A DNA stretch of 64,000 nucleotides, from NCBI GenBank assembly GCA_946965045.2, contig OX337231.1:2542001-2606000 (forward strand), given 5' to 3'. The stretch's first letter is position 1. Each line of letters begins with the position of its first letter. Origin of the DNA: Epithemia pelagica. Its lineage: Eukaryota > Protista > Bacillariophyta. The position numbers and the translations under genes are program-made. Under the pieces are notes generated by a model, which was given only the letters and a program-made list of their open reading frames with translations, did not search any database and was not told where the DNA came from. Shown here in pieces: positions 32,226-43,031 of this stretch.

Positions 32226-33992
32226 TTAGAGCATGGTAATTACCATATCTGTGGCACACACCACGGCCATGAAAATGGCACAGTCCCTCCACAATTCTCG
32301 GTTTTGTCGTCCTTGTCCTTGCACGATCCACATATCCTCCCGAAAACTCTTGACAAATTCCGCTCCGACACGATCCAAATGAGTAAAATGTTCTTGTTGG
32401 ACTTCCCGAAATTCGGCCAAGCTTATTTTGGGTGCCAATTCCACATAGCGTTTGCGTCCCACCACGCCACCCCACGATGATGTCGACGAGGCACCATCTT
32501 CATTTTCCACCAAGACGGAATCCATCTTATTGTCTTGATGTTCCTTGTTGGCCCAGGCATAAATGCATCGTAATCGGTGCGCTAATTCCACCTCGTCGAC
32601 AAAGTGACGTTTCAAAGCTTTTTGAAACATGCGAGAATACCTTCGTTTCGTCGTGCGTTCCTTACGGCGTTGCCACCAGGACAAGGCAGGAGGTTGCGCT
32701 GGTGGTCCATTGTACAGACGGGGGTCTCCACTCGGTGTTGGTGGTTGAAGAATGGGAGACGCCTCCATGGCCTGATCCAAAAGTTGTTCTAGTGCCTTTT
32801 GGACGGGTGCAATGGCCAATTCACATACCCGATTCATTTCCACTTCATCCAAACGGTCATCTTCATCACGATCCATCAAGTTCCAAATGGCATCGACACG
32901 ATCCTTGGCTGTCCCTTGTAAAAAGGCCTCCAATACGCTGAGAATTTTGGCGCTGGACAAGGAGCTAACCTTGAGACTGGCAGCTCCCTTTTGTTCGACA
33001 GCAGCTCGATCAATGTCTTGATCGGAAACCTTGGTCAAAATGGTCCAAGACGAACGCAAGGTTTGAGCCGCCGCCCGAGCTAACTGCAATCGATACCACA
33101 AGACTGCCTCGTCAAAAGAGGGGGAGGTCTTGGTCCAGATCCCATCGTCGTCCTTGGGAATGGGATGCAAAAACTTTGGATTGCGATCATTAATGGCATC
33201 GAGATCCATGTAATCACGAACCTGTTTCAAACACTGGTCCACCGGTACTTGGGCCAGTCGTTGATCGACTCGTTTGACATAGTCTTGCAACAAATTTTCA
33301 AAGGGAATTTGAGCCAAATCCGACGATTCCGGTTGTTTGGACTGCAACCATTGAGTCAATTCCTGGAGCTGTTTCGAGGCCGATGTATCTTCCTCGGAAC
33401 CATGCAATGGATGGTAATCGGCTGTAGCTGCAATGGCTGAGACTCCTTCGCACAACCACAAATCGTACAATTGCGTCGGAGTCGCGGCATCGTCCAAGGA
33501 CCGTTCGTCTTCTTCCAGTGCCGAGTACAATTCACCCAACTTGTCTCGTTTGGCGGACGTGGGAGCCCACACACCTCCACTGGTGGTGACATCGTGCGCC
33601 GTCGGAATGGCCGACATGTTGCTACTCGTGTTGTTGGCCGCGACGGCACCCGGAGACATGGGAGAATGACCCAGCAATCGTTCCGACATGAACGCGTGGG
33701 GAGAAGTGTGGTAGAAACGACGACGACCATCATCTCGACCAACACTGTCCCAAACGGCGCAATGGTAGCTGGACAGTCCTCCAAGTACAAGTGGTGGTGA
33801 TTGTTGTGTGTTGGTACCAATCCTGGAGCGACGACCTTGTCGATAGAGTGTAGAAGAATCATGCAACGAGGAAAGTCTAGTAACCGTCGATTGACTTCTT
33901 GAATTCGTTCTTGTCGTGATGGCTCTTGATATCACTTGTGAGTAGGATCGTCCTGAGACGACACATCGTGTGATGCGTTCTGGCCCATTCAT
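32226..33992 (-). CDS. Hypothetical EF-hand-containing protein, possibly mitochondrial
   Basis: DRDEDDRLDEVE EF-hand loop. Arg/Ser-rich N-terminus. ATG at 33992. Confidence 0.65.
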   Translation of the reverse strand: MNGPERITRCVVSGRSYSQVISRAITTRTNSRSQSTVTRLSSLHDSSTLYRQGRRSRIGTNTQQSPPLVLGGLSSYHCAVWDSVGRDDGRRRFYHTSPHAFMSERLLGHSPMSPGAVAANNTSSNMSAIPTAHDVTTSGGVWAPTSAKRDKLGELYSALEEDERSLDDAATPTQLYDLWLCEGVSAIAATADYHPLHGSEEDTSASKQLQELTQWLQSKQPESSDLAQIPFENLLQDYVKRVDQRLAQVPVDQCLKQVRDYMDLDAINDRNPKFLHPIPKDDDGIWTKTSPSFDEAVLWYRLQLARAAAQTLRSSWTILTKVSDQDIDRAAVEQKGAASLKVSSLSSAKILSVLEAFLQGTAKDRVDAIWNLMDRDEDDRLDEVEMNRVCELAIAPVQKALEQLLDQAMEASPILQPPTPSGDPRLYNGPPAQPPALSWWQRRKERTTKRRYSRMFQKALKRHFVDEVELAHRLRCIYAWANKEHQDNKMDSVLVENEDGASSTSSWGGVVGRKRYVELAPKISLAEFREVQQEHFTHLDRVGAEFVKSFREDMWIVQGQGRQNRELWRDCAIFMAVVCATDMVITML

Positions 33993-34300
33993 TATGGCGT
34001 GCAAAGCTTCTGTAAATTGTTATCGATGGCTTTAGGGTCCTTCTCTTATTCTGTTTGTCAAGAGATCTCATAGACTCATCCATCCATTTGGAAAGTAGGA
34101 TGGGATGATGGGTGATGGATGGATGTGATGATCATGGTGGTCAAACGGTGTCAACGCGGATGTGTGGTCAGTGGATCCAAAATTTGAAAATTCAAAAGAG
34201 AAGATCTTCGAAAAGATCTTACTCCACTCCATCTCCATCGCCATCCATCTCGGATCTCAAACTTTTGGCGGTACGCATCACGAGTCCTGCTGTCGTCACT

Positions 34301-35092
34301 ATGAACTTCTTAATGGCTTGCTCTGTCATTATTGGCCTACAACACTCTCTACAACCCGCAGATGCTCTGATTCCATGGCAATTGTCGTCGTATCGTCGGT
34401 TTCAGCGTCCGTTTGCACTCACGCAACCACATGGCATTCTGCCGTCTCGCCTGTTTGCCGGATATGAGGAGGATCGTTCGTACGAACCAGCCTTTGAAGA
34501 AGATGATTCGGCGTTCGTGGATACCGATCCTGTCGATTTGGAATCCTTCCCAGAGGAGGAAGAAGAAGAACTTTCAGATGAAGAGTTGCTCCTTGCGGCC
34601 GGCGAATGGGACGAACGAATTGCACCCTTCAACACGGTGCATTTGACTGGACGAGTTGGAAACCATCCCACCCCCAAGTATCTCGGAGACGACGGCAAGG
34701 TTGTAGTCAATTTGTCCTTGGCCGTGAAACGCAAATACCATCCTTCGGAATGGGAAGCATTGGAAATGACTTCGGATCAAGTAGAAACCGATTGGTACGG
34801 CTTGGAGATTTGGGGGTCCACAGCGGAATTTGTCGCCAAGTATGTCGATAAGGGATCACGCGTGGGTGTAGTGGGAACCTTGGAAATTGATGAATGGAAC
34901 GATCGAGAAACGGGAGAATTGCGGAATCGAGCCAAGGTGATTGTTCAAGATTTCGATGTCTTGGAAACACGGGCCGAAGCCGAAGCGAGACGAGCACGGA
35001 GTGGTAGTGGACGGGGAGACGCATCCTCCAATTACGGCGGTCGATCATCCAGTGGAGGCGGTGGTGGTGGAGATCGTAGTTTCTTTGCGTAA
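34301..35092 (+). CDS. SSB: Single-stranded DNA-binding protein (bacterial-type OB fold), organelle-targeted, probably plastid
   Basis: NTVHLTGRVGNHP, TDWYGLEIWG..AE, KGSRVGVVGTL..DEW. Signal peptide plus transit-like segment. ATG at 34301. Confidence 0.88.
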   Translation: MNFLMACSVIIGLQHSLQPADALIPWQLSSYRRFQRPFALTQPHGILPSRLFAGYEEDRSYEPAFEEDDSAFVDTDPVDLESFPEEEEEELSDEELLLAAGEWDERIAPFNTVHLTGRVGNHPTPKYLGDDGKVVVNLSLAVKRKYHPSEWEALEMTSDQVETDWYGLEIWGSTAEFVAKYVDKGSRVGVVGTLEIDEWNDRETGELRNRAKVIVQDFDVLETRAEAEARRARSGSGRGDASSNYGGRSSSGGGGGGDRSFFA

Positions 35093-35871
35093 CTTGTCTG
35101 GAAAGACGAACGGAACACGTGAAGAAGATTTTTGTGCTTGTCTTGCAAAGGAGACTTGCCATGGACTCTGATGACATGGAAGTCGGATCGATTGCTTCCT
35201 GGTATGCTTTCTAGCTTGCTCATGTCGATGATGACACCATTATTTTGTGGTGTTTCGGATGCCCTCCGGTGAGAAGACTCTGCACGGTATTGGACTGGAG
35301 AGTAATTTGTTGCAAGCTGCCGATAAAACTAGTTGGTTGATAGGATTACGGCTAGATAGAATTTTCTCGTTTGCTTGTACTCTGCCTTTGGTAGTTGTTC
35401 CCGCAATTTCGCAGGTTGTCACCGGACACTATGGATTCTGGACTCCCCCCAGTCATTGCGACAACGACTTGTCAATGCCTACTCCCAGGGTGGATGAGCA
35501 GCTTCCCCCCAGATAATAATATGATGGAGCAACCCATGTCTCGGAGAGTGACAAATAGGGCCGACCTATCGCAATGAGTGGATTCCAACTAGGTAGGAGT
35601 AGGAGTAGGAGTGCGAAGAAGGAAGTTGCTTGTTGCTTAACTACTCCTAGAACTAGAGAGTCCCCCTCTACCCTCTACCCTCTACAAACTCGACACGTCG
35701 TATTATTTCTATGACGTGTGATCAACTGCGACATTCATTGACTGGATGATTATGATGGGTGTGTACGTAGGCCCCGTAGTAGGTAGTAGGTGATAGGTGA
35801 TGTTTTTGAGAACCGTGACTCGTAAACTTCCGGAACCCGGAGCGCCAGACTCTCTCCAATCAGAATCCACT

Positions 35872-36181
35872 ACCTAGAGGTTGGACCCGCACCGCGGTGC
35901 TGCGGATCGGATCCGCGGATCTGCGGTGCTGATCCCTGGAATCGCAACGAAAGAGACTGGCGGGTCCGATCCGCGCTACTCGCACCTACGCACAGTAAAG
36001 GCGGGGTGCACCGATTTGGTGCTTTCGAGGTCTGACCGCCCGTACGTCAAATTTGTGCAGAGTACATAAAATCCCATAGTGGTGCGGAACTGCGGAACAC
36101 GCGGGTATTTGGAACCGCAAAGGCTGGAATGCGCGGGTATCCTACCCGCATCGATTTGAGCTCGCGGATCCAACCTCTAGT
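35872..36181. mobile_element. MITE-like element (310 bp) with ~18-bp TIRs and 10-bp target-site duplication
   Basis: Left AC-CTAGAGGTTGGACCCGC versus right GCGGATCCAACCTCTAG-T (1 mismatch, 1 indel). AGAATCCACT at both flanks (35862-35871, 36182-36191). CpG-rich subterminal palindromes. Confidence 0.8.
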
Positions 36182-36856
36182 AGAATCCACTGCAGTGTCT
36201 GGTTCCATGGATTCTCCCATTCCGTGAGGAATAACTGTGACATCTCGTATACTCAAAAGGACAATCAGCAGCGAATCCCATCGAGTCGATGGAATCCTTG
36301 TTCCCTAAGCGGAAATAAGCATCTGTCCCAGAAATCCATAAGTGATCGACATTCTTTCATGCTCTTTGCGCCTTACTAGATTTAACGGTCGGGGAAGGAC
36401 TCGGACATTCCATGACTGGGCTGAAGTTGATGTCACGATATTGAAATCTTTTGATTGGTAGATATTTCGTGCCCGCGCCACGTAGTACCTGACATGCATT
36501 AGGATCCTAGCTTGAGTTCCGATTGGTTGTCTTAAATAATGTGGTGGTTGTGGTCGAACGTCGAGCCTTCCCGCCCATCAAAATCAAAAAGTGCCAGAAC
36601 GGTCCAAACTCCAAACTCCAACATCGAGAGGAGACAGCAGTATAAAAGAAGGCCTCGTGGATTGTTCTGCCTTCAGATTCCTCGTTCGTTGGCACACAGT
36701 CTACAGTGCTAGACCCAACAATCATCACAATCATTTGATGACAACTTGGTGCGACAGATAGAACAACAACAACGACAAACGACAACAATTGCAAGCTTGG
36801 ATGGAGAAACGGAATCTGGCGCCGTTGTATCCATCATTGATCTAAATCCAACGAAC

Positions 36857-38993
36857 ATGAAAATTGACATTTTGCGATCGACCAACCCCGCCCTCTCACT
36901 TTCGTCGCAGATCGAAGATCAATTCGATCTTCATCCGTTTTATGGTGTTGCAGTTCCTCTGGAATTGCTTTCCTTGAACCATCCCCATGTCACGAATCTC
37001 GAAGAACACGACGAAAAGGCATTGCGGAGCAAATCGGCACCTCCCGTGTCCGAAGGAGATTCTCACAGCAACTCGGGCTCGTCCTCCGGACCACTCCACC
37101 CCCATCGATTGAGCTCTTCCTATGAAGATGCTGTCGTCGGAACCACGGCTCCATGGTCGGGATATCCTCTTCCCACCAGCGACTCGTCCGGTACGGCCTA
37201 CGGGTGGTACCCCCACAATCGATGCCGTGATGATGGTTCGTCCTCCCCCTCCACCGATGAAGAGAACCCGGAAATTGTGTCACGGGACTCGAACTGGAAC
37301 CGACTGTTTCCCGATCCAGCTGTTGCGCGCGTGCTGCCCCCCGTGAGCAACGTCGCCGCCGCTCGGAGATCTTTGGAAGAAGCAGATGAGAACTCCAGCC
37401 GCACTTCGTCCACCGCGACAACCACCACCACGGCGAACCATAGTACGGCACGGCACTCCAAAGAACAAATAGGTATCCACCACAGCAACGAATCACAACA
37501 ACAACAACAAGCAAGTCCAAGAGAGTACCCGGTCAGTGCATTCCACAGTCCCAATCCCAGCAGCAAAAAGGCATCACCTTCGGTTTCCGCTTGTAGTAGT
37601 ACATCGTTTTCGCAGCAATACCACAGTGGAGGCGTGCCCGTGTTGCGCCCGTTTCCAGTCAAAACGGTGCCTCCCATTGTTTCAGCAGGAGGAGGGGTGG
37701 TAACCCCCACGCCTCGACTTGCTTCGACGTCTTTTGTTCCGCAATCTCCACTGCAACAACATCCAACTGAAAAGAAGGAGGACAAGGAACCTACGGCGGA
37801 GCTGGTTCGCTCCGTTCCTACCAAGGTGGTGTTGCCTGCGTCCACAGCCCACATTGCCAATAGTAGCACCCAAAAGTCGGCGACTATTGGCCAAACCAAC
37901 AAGAAGGAACCGTGGTGCCAGCAAGCATCGGAAAAGGCTCTCCAGGAAGCGAAAGAAAAGGATCGATTGGCTGAATTACGGCGCAGAGAAGAGATTCAGT
38001 GCAACTTTCCCAATAGTTATAGCAACATGCCACCCCTTCCACCCTCTTCAGGACGGGCTTCTGTGGATCCAGATCATGGAGACGATCTCCGCAATCCAAC
38101 CGAACCCCACCGGTCCTCCCAGCCCTACGGTGGTGCTGGCCGAGTCAGTTCGGTGCGAAGCTCTTCCAGTTCGATTCCACCTCCCTTGCGCACCACTGCA
38201 ACTACCGAACGAAGAATGTTGAATGACGACGATGGCGGTGGTCCTCGCAGCATTCAATCGACTCCCGTCTTTGAGCGTTTGGTCACGGATGAAGTCCGAG
38301 AAATTCAAGTCTACACTCGAATGGTGGAAAGTCAAAGTGTGGAGCTGGAAAAGTTGCGCAAATACCAAAAAGATTTGGAAAAACGATTGCAACAAGAAGC
38401 GCGACACCATGAACAACTCGAAGCGACCCTGGAAATGCGAGAACGCGATTGGGTGGCACGCTTTGAAACGCTAGAATCCGAAATTCAAAGACTCTCGGGA
38501 GTCGTCAAGGCGGAAGAAAATAAAAACAAATTGCTATTGGATCAGATCCGAAAGAAGGATCAAGATATTCAAGGAATGTTAAAGAAAAAGGTGCGTTTGG
38601 AATCTCATGCGCATACTACCATTCTTGTTGTATGTTCTCTCAACATGCTCCACTGTTCTTTTGTTTGTGTCCACCCATTCGTAGTATGATAATGAAGGCT
38701 CGACTGCGAGACCTGCTCGCAACTATCGAGGGACACCCGAGTCGCGACCCGAGCGTTCTGCACACCCTCGAACCTTGGAAGCTCGAGTTTCGGGAAGTGA
38801 TTTGCATCGGAGTCCAGCCGATTATTTGAAAAGCCTTGGCTCGGCCGAAAAGGTTCGAGAACGAAACACCAGGTGGGTTTATGTGATTTCGCTGGATTGT
38901 TTTTGATGTTGCCGGCATTTGAGTCTCTCACACGTGGGCATTTCTATTTTGTGGAAATACAGACATTTGCTCATGGACTTTTTTGGATTATGA
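36857..38993 (+). CDS. Hypothetical Ser/Pro-rich protein with C-terminal coiled coil; exons 36857-38590, 38685-38872, 38963-38993
   Basis: Long ORF. Two GT-AG introns keep the frame to ...RHLLMDFFGL*. Confidence 0.65.
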
Positions 38994-39266
38994 CATTTCA
39001 TTCACTGACTTTTGGATCAAGTGGATACTTGTACAAAAACAACCGCATCCGCATGAACATATTATATTGTACACTGTTTACATTACACGACAAACCATAA
39101 CCGCAGCATACACAAACCCCAAATGAATTCACCCTGAAGGAGAAACGGGGAGACAACCAACAGTTTTCCATACGATCTGGTCGCTCATGTACATTTCATC
39201 TCGCAATATTTACTCAGAAACCAGTCGTTTCATAGTAAACATAAACAACACCATACACTACGTTAG

Positions 39267-39459
39267 ACAGAGCGTGCTACTTCTATTTTCTTTCTGAACA
39301 CAGCATTGCTCACACAGTGAACTTATAACAAAGGTATTCTTTATAGCAGTTGTAAGGTAGTAAACATACAGAGCGTGCTACTTCTATTCTCTTTATAAAC
39401 ACAGCATTGCTCACACAGTGAACTTATAACAAAGGTATTCATTATAGCAGTTGTAAGGT
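39267..39459. repeat. Tandem duplication of a 92-bp unit (39267-39358, 39368-39459)
   Basis: Period 101, 4 substitutions. Lies between convergent gene ends. Confidence 0.9.
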
Positions 39460-39545
39460 TACTTGTGCACCTAAGGTTTTGTGCAAACGGTCTTGTTCAC
39501 AAAAGTGACCCATTCTTGTGGCTGACCGTGTGTTCCGCATGATAC

Positions 39546-40522
39546 TTAAAGGTTCAAAGACTCCTCCCATTCCCCTTCTTCGACTGGCGGAGGGGCCTGA
39601 ACTCCTTCCTGCACTTCTAACAGAGATGCGACTAGTTGTTGCTGTGCTTGAGGTTGTTGTTGTTGCTGCTGCTGTTGAAACAGTTGCAACTGAGCCTGAA
39701 GAGCTTCCATCGCTTGTGCATTTGCTTGCGGCTGTCGCTGAATTGTTGGATCCAAGGCAGTCGGAGAAATTCCCAAAGCAGCAGCTTGAGAAGCAAATGC
39801 GGCATGATCCAATGGTGGTGGTTCTTGTGGTGGTGCTGCTGGTGGTTGTTGCTGCTGTTGAGCCCGTGAAGCAGGCGTCACGCGCGGAACAATGTCGATC
39901 AGAAAGTCATACACTTCCGATTCCCCTACGGCCGCATGAATATCCTGTCGCTGCAAAGTTCGTCGCTTATTGCGTTCGGTATGTCGCCAAGCGCGACATG
40001 TCAATTCCCGAACCAGCAATTCACAGGCTCGACTCAACAAGACAGGAGCATCGGCCGCAATCATTAATTTATGTTTACTCGCCTCTTCCTCCGATTTTTC
40101 CTCGGCTCGCAATCTATCTTTTTCCAGTTCCTGAATGACAAACTCTTCTGCCTTCATGATTTTCTTCACACGCGCCAAAGGTAAGTTCTGAATCTTCCAG
40201 TTCTCTTCCACTGTGATGTGATGAATCCAATGGGAAATAGGGAGAAGCAAGCCCGTTGTCAGAAGTGGACAACCCGTAACAACAACAACCTTAACCAGGA
40301 CAATGACCAACAACACTTACGGGGTTTGATCTCATCAATTTCTCTTGTCATCTGAGGCAAGTAGGTAGAGCAACAAAAGGTTGAACGGAATTGAGGACGA
40401 CCAAAGTGGTAATACACAGGCTACCCGCACTGGGTTCATCGTACCTGTGCCCAAAGTGCATGGAGCGCTTCATCTGTTCCATCCAGGCTAGTCGGAGCGT
40501 ACAAGCCATTGTTCACGTTCAT
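39546..40522 (-). CDS. NFYC: NF-YC/HAP5 histone-fold transcription factor; exons 40522-40445, 40351-40321, 40210-39546 (257 aa)
   Basis: LPLARVKKIMK, IAADAPVLLSRACELLVRELTCRAW, RRTLQRQDI, YDFLIDIVP. Q-rich tail. Confidence 0.88.
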
Positions 40523-40965
40523 TGTTTTCCATTGTCAGCCAAGGTTGTTGTGGTTTTGGCCAAGGGACAATGGGGTTGAACAAGACAAACAAGATGAACG
40601 GATGGCTCGTGGCTCCGACCAAAAAACATTGCGCAAATACGCGTGTCTGTACGTGTGTTGATGGTTGATGCTATACGTGCGATTTTTTTATTCCCCCCAA
40701 CACATACGTGGTACACCTTAGTCGCATAAAGATCGCGTTTCGATTCATTCGAGCTACCTACTCTACCTGAGCCTGGAGTATTCCTCAACCTACTCTCCAA
40801 ATCTAGTCCTCCTATTCCTAGGAGTAAAAGAAAACGAATTTCGCTAGGAGAGGTACAATCAACTCTTTCGATCAATCACTGTTCATCTCTTGCCAATCAT
40901 GTGTGGTGAAAGGTTTGTTTTTCATCGTCGAAGCTCATTGGACAGTGCCAAAATTCTTGTCGTTC

Positions 40966-41618
40966 TTAGGGCTCTGGAGCGTCAGAAGCAGTTGTCTCTT
41001 TGATGATATCCACCAAAAAATCATAAACTTCGGATTCTTCTACAGCAGACACAACGTCTTGGAGTTTCACGGTTTTCGTCCCTAGATGTTCCCTATACTT
41101 CCACCAGGCTCGCCAACACAGTTCTCGGATTAACAACTCACATGCCTGACACATGAAAATTTTGCATTCCTTATCTTGTTGCAATCTGTGGTTGGTGGAG
41201 GCGGATGCGTGCTGGCAATCGCGTCTCTGACGTTCCATCTCCATGTGGTGCTTCAATCGCAGCTCTGCTTTCATAATTTTCTCGACACGGGCTTTCGGGA
41301 GTTTTGGACAAGTCCATGCCTCTGAAATGTTCTCACCGTTGAGATTTCTACCAATGCCTCATACGAGTCTCATGTAAATAATGACTCCAACGTGTACTCA
41401 CCTTCAGTCACGTCCTTCATTTCTTGCAGGATCTATGGTATGATGAGAGTTTGAAGTGATTTGCAATTTTGCACCGAAACCCGACATTCCTTTCCCCTCT
41501 CTCGCCACTTACACGCACGTCAATAGAAGTGTCTTACCTCGAGCCACAATTCATCCAGAGCCCCTTGCTTTTCCGGACTGATGGTTGGTGCTTCCATTGT
41601 AGTTGTAGGGATATTCAT
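40966..41618 (-). CDS. Divergent NF-YC-like paralogue; exons 41618-41538, 41432-41402, 41321-40966 (155 aa)
   Basis: LPKARVEKIMK, QACELLIRELCWRAW, YDFLVDII. Same intron phases and the same 31-nt middle exon as the neighbouring NF-YC. Confidence 0.78.
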
Positions 41619-41819
41619 GCTTTTTTCCTTTTGTATTCTTGTGAAGCCCGGATTTTTCTGCAAACACTGTTAGGCGCTACCGAACTTGCGGTTTGGCTTA
41701 GTGGTGCCTCCAGTCTATTGTCAGTACCTATAGAGTCTTGAATGGAACCCGTCTCAATATTCTCGACTCTTTTAGGTGTACCAAGAGATTTCAAGAGGAA
41801 ATCTTGGTGGTGGCAAACT

Positions 41820-42821
41820 TCAGTCACTCTGTGTGGTGGTTGTCGGTTGGGTGGTGGGATCGAGTGCCGCCATGACACCTCGCGCCAGGTTTCCGACGGC
41901 GGGTCCACCCAAAAAGTAAATGGGTGCAATCCACAGGGGGAAAAAGCCCGTTTCTCCCAAATCGGTATACTGATAGCCACTTCCAGCCACTAGTGTATTG
42001 AGATTGCCAATGAGTCCCATTTCAATCAAGGGTCCACCGACAGCCGTGGCGGCACTCGTGATTCCTCCCGCAACCGTTCCATCCAACAAGCCATACCCGG
42101 CCGTGGCCAAAACGGACATGATGTTGAATATAGTAGTTCGATCCATGATTCCAGAGCTATAGAACACCCCAGATAGCCAGTATTGCAAGGTAAAAAAGGA
42201 AATGCCAATCAATATTTTGGGAACCGATGGCAGTCTCTTGGTTGTGGGTGTCTCCAATCGATCATCCAGCAATATATACAACCATCCAATGAGGAATCCA
42301 GCCACACCAAAGAGTGGGGGAACCCACCATGTCGTGGTCAAGGCTGGATAGTCGGCACTTCCCCAAAGCACTGCTCCAATGGGGCTGTCGTATTGCAACA
42401 CACCAAAGGCAGAATGGTATGAATCGAGAAAGGGACCCAGAATGGCACCCGACAAGGTCATGATGACGGAAAACTTTACTCGACGTGAAATAGGGGCATC
42501 CTTGTTATCGGACAAGGACGATGATTGGTTGGGGTTGTTGATGGCAAAGAGTCGCCTGTCAACTGTGAACGGTGCACGTTGATTCACTGGGTCACCATCA
42601 CGGAAAGAACCATAGGACTGAAGCGGAGAACGAGAAGACGGAATGCAAAAAGCTTCTAGACATGACGTATTGGTCAAGAGAATCCAAAGCACTGGAAACA
42701 TCCACCGAGTGATAGCACAGGTACCAACTATGCTTTGATGGGATGTTGCTCGCCGTCTTAAGGTGTCCTGACGAACTAAGTGCTCGGTGTCTCCCCTCGG
42801 TTTGTTTGCCATGGTCATCAT
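41820..42821 (-). CDS. Multi-pass membrane protein (INSIG-like plant/algal family), probably plastid-targeted
   Basis: GAILGPFLDSYH, TTWWVPPLFG, GGPLIE and W....YFLGGP motifs. Signal peptide ending LEA-F. Confidence 0.55.
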   Translation of the reverse strand: MMTMANKPRGDTEHLVRQDTLRRRATSHQSIVGTCAITRWMFPVLWILLTNTSCLEAFCIPSSRSPLQSYGSFRDGDPVNQRAPFTVDRRLFAINNPNQSSSLSDNKDAPISRRVKFSVIMTLSGAILGPFLDSYHSAFGVLQYDSPIGAVLWGSADYPALTTTWWVPPLFGVAGFLIGWLYILLDDRLETPTTKRLPSVPKILIGISFFTLQYWLSGVFYSSGIMDRTTIFNIMSVLATAGYGLLDGTVAGGITSAATAVGGPLIEMGLIGNLNTLVAGSGYQYTDLGETGFFPLWIAPIYFLGGPAVGNLARGVMAALDPTTQPTTTTQSD

Positions 42822-43031
42822 GGTCGTCGCCTGAAGTTTGAGTGCGTGGTGGATGGATCATCCGCGACCAATCTGACATGTCACCGAATCTCCAGTCGCG
42901 GATTCTTCGTCAGACTTCTTGGCAATGGCGGTCATCCGAAGAATACAGGAAATCTTTTCAACCGACTGTGATCTTTTTGGATTGGCACTCCTGCAGTGTA
43001 GCAAGCTCACACCTGGTACAACGTAGAGCAC

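Noticed and set aside
35580-35800. GGAGTA, CCCTCTA and GTAG short repeats
   Set aside because: Simple microsatellites of 2-3 units; not telomeric and not CRISPR-like. No spacer-repeat array was seen anywhere in the window.
39518-40138. 206-aa plus-strand hydrophobic ORF
   Set aside because: Antisense read of the CAG/CAA-rich NF-YC tail.
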